Positions 10,565-19,307 of a DNA stretch of 64,000 nt are shown piece after piece. The notes under the pieces were generated by a model that was given only the letters and a program-made list of their open reading frames with translations, was not told where the DNA came from and did no database searches. The DNA is from Trichodelitschia bisporula (lineage: Eukaryota), in assembly GCA_010356995.1 (NCBI GenBank), contig ML996701.1, positions 550,963 to 614,962 on the forward strand. Direction: 5' to 3'. Position numbers and translations under genes: made by a program. Each line of letters starts with the position of its first letter. Within the stretch, counting starts at the first letter, position 1.

Positions 10565-10936
10565 GATTTCCGTGAAGTAGGGGGGCAACAGGCAGTACTG
10601 GCTCAGGCGATGAAGTCGAGGCCATCTCCCATCCGCTGCTGCTCTTGCGGATGGTTACGATGACTTCCTGCGGCATCGTCACTGAAGGAACAGAGCCAGA
10701 CTCGCTGCTTACAGCCCCCGCCTCGTCTTCCTCCCTCCGCTGCGTCGCGCCCGCGCTCGCCGCCGCAGCACCAACCGGCATCCGCAGGCGCCCGGTGAGG
10801 GAGGGTGGGGTGGGAGAGAGTGGGGGGTTACTTCTCCGGGTTGTTAACCCGCAGGCCCCTGAGGCCGCGGAGGGTACTGGTACCCCGAGAGGGGCACCTC
10901 CTCTACGGCCTTCTGAGTGCTGTAGTAGCAGCCCAT
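10530..10936 (-). pseudogene. Frameshifted paralog (copy B) of the MGC-start Pro-rich ORF at 14275-14781
   Basis: MGCYYSTQKAVEEVPLSGYQYPPRPQGPAG* (10936-10844). In the +1 frame it continues ...NPPLSPTPPSL...VIVTIRKSSSGWEMASTSSPEPVLPVAPLLHG, matching FIVTTGRSSSGWET...SSSEPVVPAPPLRRG of copy C. Upstream DNA is also homologous (GAAGTTGC.GAAGAG.GTGAG.AAAGAAAG at about 11018 and 14853). Confidence 0.6.
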
Positions 10937-13280
10937 TCTGTGGGATGAGGGTGGGGGGTTCTGAAAAATTAAGAGTTGGGATGGGTTTGGAAAAATTGAG
11001 AAGTGGGAGCAGAGTGTGAAGTTGCGGAAGAGTGTGAGAAAAGAAAGAAGTTGCGTGAGAAAGAGGCCTCAGTTACTGGCACCGTAGTGACAGGCACCGT
11101 AGTAACAGGCCATCCACCCCAGCAGCGTATGCACTAAAACCAGGCCCTACGCATTGTGAGATGGTTGCGAAGAGAAATGAGCCAGCGGCAGCGCGTGTTT
11201 TCGCGGCTACAGATGCTGTCAGCCAATGTCATCATATAAATGCACTTGCCTGGTAGGATTCTGTGACATCCTGCGGCGACACAACCATGGTCAATTCACC
11301 GTCGGAAGGTGGCCGCGTAATCGGCTCCGCAGCGGATATCGCCTTAATCGTCGTTAAAGATGGCTAGAGAGTACCATCTTGCAGTCGATGCTTGATCCAC
11401 CTACCTCCGAACTCCGGTCTTGCGTAAGAAATTCATAAAATGACGCCGTGATTGAGGTCTTGATGAATGTTGAAAGTATTGGTTTGGGAATGGAGAGAAG
11501 AGGAACAGATCTGTCCGGGACTACAGGATGGGAGCAAAGGCTCGCACACAGGCGAAAGCATCTGGGTAAACCAAAGATTGAAGGAGGAGAGGAAGAGAGG
11601 AAGGGAGGAACAAGAATATTGATGGAGAGAGCAGACTCATACAAGTGGAAATGAAAGCAAAGCTTGATGAGAGATGCTCCCCCAAGGTGGTCGAAGGGGC
11701 ACTCGGTATAAGTACAAACCGTGCTCCCCATCTCCTGCCAATGCTCCTGATGCTACTGCCATGTGCAGAGTGTAAACAAGTCCCCATGTCCTACCCCAGG
11801 AGTAGTATGAGCCTGCCTCCTATCTCTCAGCGCCTGTTAATAATACAACTGCGACGGAACATGGTTGCCAGAATGACATATGCACCTCCCCACATCACAG
11901 AGACTCTCTGGAATATGAATACGATGTCCTTCAATGCTCCTTCGATAATCAGATCGCAGCAGGCCTTCAAGTACCGCCTGCCGCTCGTCGTGCATTAGCG
12001 TCTGCCGAAGGAAGGAATTGATGTGGGGAAATACATATATTGTGATGGCAAGTATGACTTCCCCTTACTGTGTCGTTAGCAGAAGCTAGGAGACATGGGG
12101 TAGGCCCACATCACTTGCAAGGTAGGAGACATTGTTTTTTTTATGCCATTGTGTGGCAGTATTATTACGAGACTTGGAAGGCGATATGGTTCATCGTTCA
12201 TGTCTATGCCTGGTGGCTCCTCAACCTTTTTAGGCGAGGCGTCCTTCCATTCACACTTGATTTCGCTCCTGCTCACGTACGTGGCCCTACTCACTACGTC
12301 AGGAATGGCTGTCGACCAAGGGAAAGTATGGCCGCATGCACTGAGCCAGGGTGTAACGGAGAGACCCTATCATCGCCAAGGATGGGCGCAATTCACAAGA
12401 CGGGTCGTACGGAGGCATGTGACACATAGAAAACATGACAAGCGTCAGCGAACTGTTGGAAGTCATTATTACTATATACATGTAAAAGGATACTGACCGG
12501 GGATTTCAGCAATTGAACACTCGGTGAAGATATTAAAAGCTAATCAAGGCTATGCGAGTAGATATCATGACCAACTTACCGCGAGTGCACCGAACCTGGC
12601 ACTCAGGTGCATCGTGTATAGCAGGAGGGGCATCGAAGGCCGAAGCGATGGAAGACAAGACCATGACTGGTGCAAATGCATTCCAGGAGAAAGCTCCAAC
12701 GGCCCCAGAACCGCGAAAACTAATGTCCAAAACTTCACCGAAGACCTTCTGTCAGATTCCAAAATCGAACCGATGACAGGTAAACGCATCTTCCGCCATC
12801 ATTTCCGCGTCCAATGTGGAGAAGGGTCTGTTTGGTGATCGACGGCCCTATTGACAGCAAGTGAGCATTATTACATGGTCAAACTGGAATCTGTGCAGGA
12901 AACTTAACAATGGTTGGCTGAGCAACCTGCATACGGTGGGCAATTGATGGGCAGCCCGTGGAGATAAAGAAAGAGTCGGGACGACGGGGTGAAGCTGTCA
13001 TATCACAAGGCGCTGTATTTAACTATTTCACAGCAGCGGTGAACCATGCAATTGTCGAGACGGTGATGGGGGTGCAGTGAGGGCGCGAGACTTTACCGAA
13101 TCAGAGCAGGCAGCGCGGTGTGAAAGGCGGTGGTTTCTAGTAGATGGATAGCGATGCTGATTCGGAACAGAGGAGAGGGGCGGTCCTAACCCAAGAGTTG
13201 TGATGGGTGCGCCGGGATGGCTTTGTTGTGGACTCGTGAACGGCTTGCTGCGTATCGTGTGCTGCGGAGGGTGGGCTGTG

Positions 13281-13546
13281 GATGGTGAGTTGCGGATGGC
13301 GAGGTGTGGGTGATGAATTGTGGATGATGAACTTCAGATGTTGAATTGTGGATGATGAATTGTAGATGGCGAGGCGTGGGTGATGAATTGTGGATGGCGG
13401 GGTTTGGATGATGAATTGTGGATGGCGGGGTGTGGATGATGAACTGTGGATGGCGGGGTGTGGATGGCGAGTTGGAGATGGCGAGGTGTGGATGGCGTGG
13501 TGTAGATGGTGAGTTGGGGATGGCGAGATGTGGATGATGAACTGTG
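13281..13546. repeat. 14-bp minisatellite, about 19 units of two interspersed variants
   Basis: Units GATGGCGRGGTGTG and GATGATGAATTGTG in exact 14-bp register. Confidence 0.9.
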
Positions 13547-13600
13547 GAGGGATTACAGACAAGAATGCAAGGAAATCAACACCGGCGCGTGGGTGAGATT

Positions 13601-13787
13601 CAAGAGAAGGGAAGACGCAAGGGAAGGGTAGAGACACAAAAGAAGGGAAGATACGCAAGAGAAGAGAAGACACACAAGACAGAGGAAGCCACACGAGAAG
13701 AGAAGACACACACGAGAAGAGAAGATACACACGAGAAGAGAGACCAACACGAGAAGAGAAGACACGCAAGAGAAGGGAAGACACACT
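13601..13787. repeat. ~19-20-bp purine-rich minisatellite, about 10 units
   Basis: Units resemble CACGAGAAGAGAAGACACA and CAAGAGAAGGGAAGACACG. Confidence 0.8.
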
Positions 13788-14274
13788 AAGGAATCAAACA
13801 TTGATCTGCAACTACAACACCACAAAACATCGTGAAAGAGAGAAGAGACACGTTGTGGAAGAGAAAAGCTAAATACAACACTACAAAACATCATGAAAGA
13901 GAGAAAAGAGACGTTGCTCAAGGGAAATGCTAACATACAAAGACATAAACACCAAACACCAAACACCAAGCACAATACAAAAAACCAATTACCAACATAC
14001 AAACACCATCCACCATGCACAACCAAGAGCAGCGACCGACAATCCCTGAGGAAAAGCTAAGCTGCGATGTTAACAGAGTGAGAGATCAAGAGACTGAGAA
14101 CAAACCGAGAGAAGGAAACGATTACACCACCATCCGCCATGTACACCCAGTAACCATTGAGATCATCGAAGAGCAGCGACCGACGAGCCCGGAGGCATGT
14201 TGAAGCTGCAACGTGTTAAGAGGAGGAGAGAAGCCACGAGAGTGAGAACAAACCGAGTGACAGAGGATGAGCCT

Positions 14275-14781
14275 CTAGAAGACAGAGGGCTCACCCCAAT
14301 CACCCCGCCTCAGCGGTGGGGCTGGGACGACTGGCTCCGAAGAGGACGACGAAACCGTTTCAACAGTCTCGATGGTTTCCCACCCGCTGCTGCTGCGGCC
14401 GGTGGTAACGATGAAGACCGTTGAGACGGCCTCGACGTCCTGGCCTGAGCCACTCGCGCCAGCCCCACTTCTGGGGGGAGGCAGTGGGCGCCCCGACAGC
14501 AGCATGCGAGGGGCACGGATCGGCGGCGGGATAGGGGTACCTGGCCGCGCAACTTGGCAGTTGGCAGGAGGGGAGGCTTGGGGAGTGGGGGATGGGGGGG
14601 GCGAGAGAGGGGAGGGAGTGAGGAGAGTGGGGGAGATGGGGAGAGGCGAGGGAGCGAGGGAGGGAGGGAGGGAGGGGAGAGGCGGGGGGAGAGGGGGCAC
14701 TTGCCCGGGTTCAGGCCGAGGAGGGTACCCCGTGAGGGGCACCTCCTCCAACATCTTCCTTTTGCTGCAATAGCAGCCCAT
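14275..14781 (-). CDS. 168-aa Pro-rich protein with N-terminal MGCYCS (myristoylation/palmitoylation-like) motif, copy C
   Basis: Intact ORF MGCYCSKRKMLEEVPLTGYPPRPEP...SSSGWETIETVETVSSSSSEPVVPAPPLRRGDWGEPSVF*, with A at -3 (CAAACAATG) and a pyrimidine-rich leader. Two local paralogs. Confidence 0.5.
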   Translation of the reverse strand: MGCYCSKRKMLEEVPLTGYPPRPEPGQVPPLPPPLPSLPPSLAPSPLPISPTLLTPSPLSPPPSPTPQASPPANCQVARPGTPIPPPIRAPRMLLSGRPLPPPRSGAGASGSGQDVEAVSTVFIVTTGRSSSGWETIETVETVSSSSSEPVVPAPPLRRGDWGEPSVF

Positions 14782-15379
14782 TGTTTGGGGGGGTTGAAAA
14801 ATGGAAAAAGTGGAGTGGGTGAGCGGTTTGTTTGAACTGACAGTAGCTGGTTGAAGTTGCTGAAGAGCGTGAGGAAAGAAAGAGGGAGGAAGAGGTGGGC
14901 GCGGCGGGTACTTAAAGGAAGGCGCTGCCTGACCAAGGAAGCTCCGATGGGGGTTTTTCCGGCGCTGACGACCCTCGCCAGTGCGATGTCAGTGGCATGC
15001 CTGGGGCAGCTGGCTCCTCCATTGGCGGTGGGACGGGCTCTGGACTCAGGGCAGTGGCCTGAGAGGGGCGACGGTGAGTCCAAATCGGGGTTACGGTGAG
15101 GCAAGATTGCGAGGGGGTCGCGACTTTGCGCGTTCACCTGGTACGCGTAAAGCACAACGGTTGGCCACTCCAAGTTCTGAGTGCATTCGTTGGCTCGATA
15201 AGAGTTTCAAGTGCTCCACCGTGCCCGTCATACCACCAGCCCCCCGTCCACTACAACGCGTCCTGGTTCGCCGTCAACCCGACGACGCGTCTGGCATGTG
15301 CAATTGCGTGCTTCAGAGATGGTGGCAACGAAGCACGCAATCGCACATGCCAACGAAGCACGCAATTGCCAGGTGAAGC

Positions 15380-17055
15380 CTAAGGCAGCGGTGGCGCCAT
15401 CCCAATCTCGACGAACTGCTTGAAGACATCGCGAATAGACTCTGTGGAGTTGACGTGCCCTTGCCATCCCATCGACCTTGCCTTGTCCATGCTAGTCAAA
15501 GGTTAGCCCGGGCTGCAATGGTAATGGAAGGGGGGAGGTGGTGATGGAGTGAAGGAGGGGGGATGGAAGGGGGGAGGTGGTGATGGAGCGNNNNNNNNNN
15601 NNNNNNNNNNNNNNNNNNNNNNNNNNNNNNNNNNNNNNNNNNNNNNNNNNNNNNNNNNNNNNNNNNNNNNNNNNNNNNNNNNNNNNNNNNNNNNNNNNNN
15701 NNNNNNNNNNGAGGAAGGGGGGGGAGGGATGGGGAGGTGAAGGGTGGAAAGAGAGAGCAGCTGGTGAGCGACATGTTGACCATCAGGAAGGTGAGGCAGA
15801 AGGGACTTACCTGAAGTACACAGTCTGCGACCACGAGATAGCAGCATCAGTGAACGAAAAGATCCTATCCACATCGCGGAGTTCCTTATCTTTCAAGTTG
15901 TGTTTGGCCGCCAGCTCCTGCCATGCCTTTGCCACCTTAGGCTGCTTCGCCCAGTCCACAAGCCGGAACTTGTACCGAATCTTGCGGTTGGGGCCGAACC
16001 TGTGGGGTCAGATGATGGAACACACCAAGGGATGATGGACTTACCCTCGCGGCGGCGTTGAGTGACGCAGCGTAATCTCGGTATACTCATCATCCGGGTT
16101 AGGGCGCGTATATTCGAGACCATACCACGCCGCCAACTTCGGCCAGAACTTGCCCCATGAGAACGCACTGTCGTCACACGCATTGAAGACCTCGTTCGCG
16201 GCTCGGTCGGTCAACACGGACCACTCTTCGAGATAGGCGTTCAGCTGCGCGGTGCTCTGCACTTGGATCGTCTCCCAGGCGCTGAGGTCGGCCGGATACT
16301 CCAGTGGCTCGCCAAGGTGCTTGCATACCGAGGCGTACACGGCGAGCGGGAAGCACACGTTCATAGCGGCATCAGGGACGGCACCTAGGATGAAGCTTGG
16401 CCGAGCTACGTTCCATTTGATGCCGTGCTTTTTGCAGTAGGCCCACAAGGCATCTTCCTGCGGGTAGTAGAAGTTGGGCTCCAGGGTGACACGGGAATCG
16501 GATTCCTCTTGCGGCGTCGGGGCGGGACCGAGATGCAGGCCGTAGTTCTTCGCACCAGTTTGGAGCATGATCCGTTTGGGCTTGATGCTGGCGATGGGCA
16601 GGGCCTCCAGGAGATTGGTCAAGAGAAGCGTGTTGATCCGGGACATTTCCTCAGCATTGGACCAGAGCGCGTCACCCTCCTTCGGCTCCACTTGGATGTA
16701 GGAGAAGAAGAAGACATAATCCCTGGAACCGTCAGTTATCTGTCACACGTGAACCGAAAACATACGCCTTGACGCCATGCTCCTTCAGTACGGCTGCAAT
16801 CTCCTCCGGCGACTTCAGAAAGTCGAGCGGGATGTGGGTTGCGTTCTTCGGCAAGCCGCCCGGTATCAGGGGAGGCCGACGCGACAGACAGTAAATTTTC
16901 GCCCACCGGTCCGGGCTCTCTCCTAGCACACGCGTCATATAATGGCCCGAGATGCCATTGGCCCCGGTGACGACCGCTGTCAAGCCCTTGATGGAAGGGT
17001 CAAAGACAGGCAGGCCATGGAAGATACCCTTATCCTGGACTTGATACACAGACAT
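15380..17055 (-). CDS. PRISE/progesterone-5-beta-reductase-like (SirQ-like) atypical short-chain dehydrogenase/reductase; exons 17055-16766, 16722-16045, 15999-15811, 15491-15380
   Basis: Rossmann motif VTGANGISG, LSRRPP, DYVFFFSYIQ, LQTGAKNYG, PNFYYPQED, WNVARP. The last exon S|MDKARSMGWQGHVNSTESIRDVF..PPLP* lies beyond the N gap. All introns GT-AG. Confidence 0.88.
15591..15710. other. Assembly gap (120 N) inside intron 3 of the SDR gene
   Basis: N run flanked by G-rich tandem units (GGAAGGGGGGAGGTGGTGATGGAG). Confidence 0.95.
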
Positions 17056-17555
17056 GGTGAAGTTGAAGCAGAAGCAGAAGCAGAAGGAAATGGACGAAGC
17101 TCAATACTGACTACTGAGTCAACGTCAACTTGCCTGGTTTATACCCCTCCTCATCTGCCGCCAACGTCCGGCTATGCCCATCCGTTGCCGAAACAGACAG
17201 CGATCACCGCCTTCTCAACCCCGCTTTTGACACATGAACATGCCCATCGCTATGGCACATGAAAGGAAACACAAGGCGATGCCAATACATCGAGAGAAGA
17301 GGGGTAAAGGTGAGTGTTAAGGGGGGAGACGAGCGGGGTGAGGTTGGTTTAGTGTTGGCGCCTCTGACAAGCGGGAAGATGTTTTCCCCGCATCCGGGCC
17401 CAGCCTCTGAAGGGCAAAGCGCGCGGCGCGTTGGCCTGCGGAACATCACCTTTGCATTCGCAGATCGATTTGGAGGCTACGGCCTCCAGTCCGGACTACT
17501 GCGCTGACCGACTAGTTCTAGCTGCTGATAGATAGGATATAAGAAGACTTGGTTC

Positions 17556-17926
17556 TCGGAAGGCTTTGAAATCAACTGTCAAACACGCCTTCGAGATAGC
17601 GGCCCTCCCTCGACAGGTCGCCCTCCAAACGGGGCCTCTAGCCCACCTTCGCAATCATCGACGCGATACCCGATCATCGGAAGGCTTTGAAATCAATGAC
17701 CATACGCGCCTAAGAAATACTGACCATTCTCTCGACAGGTCGCCCTTCCGCGAGGCCTCTCACATCCCTTCGCAATCCGACAAGCCGCATAGATGCGATA
17801 AATAAGGCCCAGATCATCGGAAAGCTTTGAAATCAACTAGCATACGCGCCTACGAAATGCTGACATCCCCTCCACAGATCGCCCTTCAACGGGGACTCTC
17901 ACCTCTCTTCGCAACCAGAACACCGT
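17556..17926. repeat. Three degenerate tandem copies of a 120-140-bp unit
   Basis: TCGGAARGCTTTGAAATCAA...ACGCGCCT...CAGRTCGCCCT...CTCT...CTTCGCAA starts at 17556, 17677 and 17817. Confidence 0.85.
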
Positions 17927-18469
17927 GTCCGCCAAAGTTGGTCCTCGTTGCTGCTTCTTCGCACTCCCGCCTACCTAGACCGGCGCCGTGGCCTGTAAAC
18001 TCATGATAAATGCGAGTCGGTCGGCCTTCGAAACATCCTTTGCGAGTTCGGGATTTCGGTCGACGCGATGATACACGACTTCAGCAGAAAAGGATGCATA
18101 TCCATGATACATCTGGTCAGGCCGCTGATAGAGGTGGACCATCCCGGCGGCTCAGACTTGAATCCTTGGCCGTGGTCAGCGCTGCAACCAAGCGCCGCCT
18201 CGAAAGTCCGACCGATGAGATGAACCGCCTTGTCACTGTGGACCGTGAACACCTTTCAAAGGCAATGTTTCAGATTCAACAATCTTATCTTAAGGAGTAG
18301 AAGGGTCACCAAAGCTAGGATACAATACTCCTCCATCCCATCTCTAAGGATAGGCAATCCTAGGAGCTCTGCCGGCTGGTACCGGCTCCAAATGGAAGCC
18401 ATCGCTCATTCACGACGGTAATCGCGATGAGGGTCCCGTGACACGTCTTATGGGCACTTTTCATCGCTA

Positions 18470-19030
18470 CGAACAAGGCCTGTGGTACGCCGCCGTAATC
18501 TCGTTCAAGCTAACGGCATGTATCGCCCCAGTCTCCGCGTTTGCAGCGTATGCCAAGTCTCTCCAACGCAGGTCAAACAACGAGCAGACCGGTACAATTT
18601 TATTGAGACTGATACGGACGCATAGCTCGCCTATCGCGAGAATGATGCGCGTTGGAGCCGGTGTCGTACATGTGACGAAGTCCAAAGGGCGCTGGAAAGG
18701 CTCCGTAGCAGACACCTGGTGCCGGGTCATCACCCGGGCTCTTGCGTTCCGGCAGGGACTCGGGGGATTTGGAGGTCTTTGCATGTTTTTGGTGGTTCGG
18801 TGATGTAGGCAGCTTCGCGCCAAAAGACGGCGACAACATTCACAACGGGAGCAGAACTCTTGTCTCTTTCCCATAGCGCCAGAGACATCATCGCCCTCCT
18901 GCGCTATATACACCAAATTTGGTTTGTGTTTTGACACCTCCATTCTCATCTTCTGCGATAATCGACGTACTGTAGACATCGTTAATCGTGACGTCGCCAA
19001 GTTATCATCAAAAATTGCGTCACATGGTCT
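18470..19030 (+). mobile_element. Decayed Ty1/copia retrotransposon fragment (RT C-terminus and RNase H)
   Basis: FGGSVM*AASRQKTATTFTTGAELLSLSHSARDIIALLRYIHQI /fs/ GLCFDTSILIFCDNRRTVDIVNRDVAKLSSK /fs/ LRHM matches the copia RNase H consensus FGGPIxWxSxKQxTVTTSTTEAELLAL...IxCDNxxTI...KLRHVDI. A weaker GLWYAAVIS match (RT) lies upstream. Confidence 0.8.
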
Positions 19031-19307
19031 CCTCCCCGGGTATGAAGTAGCTGTGAAGCAATTTCTGGAGACTGATTCAAGGATGTACACGCAAGACACC
19101 CGTCAGATCATGCCGCTGTACGTCACAACGAGGGGAAGCACGAAATGATAGTCAAGTTTGTTCATCAAAGAGAAGGATATGGAGGGACAAGGAAGCATCC
19201 GCATACTAGCCATCCAATGCACTCACTTCGCTCTCACTTCGCTCTCAGGTCCATCAGCCTCGCATTACCCCATCCCCATCATCACCCATTAGTTCAACTC
19301 CCCCCTA

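Noticed and set aside
12330..12400. ACTEPGC...H as a C2H2 zinc finger relic
   Set aside because: Lacks the second His and the conserved hydrophobic residues; no supporting gene structure.
5474..13129. Identical 18-mer AGCGCGGTGTGAAAGGCG at 5474-5491 and 13112-13129
   Set aside because: The match does not extend, and one such hit is not far beyond chance in 64 kb.
13137..14026. His-rich and hydrophobic ORFs 13137-13784 and 13553-14026
   Set aside because: They are translations of 14-, 20- and 7-bp satellites whose periods are not multiples of 3.
4700..15300. Whole 10.6-kb accessory tract as a Starship or other giant element
   Set aside because: No DUF3435 tyrosine recombinase, typical cargo or terminal direct repeats could be recognised.
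8122..17926. Cassette and repeat arrays (8.1-8.75 kb, 17.5-17.9 kb) as CRISPR-like repeat-spacer arrays
   Set aside because: The 'spacers' are homologous to one another, units are degenerate and few, the genome is eukaryotic and no cas-like genes are present.
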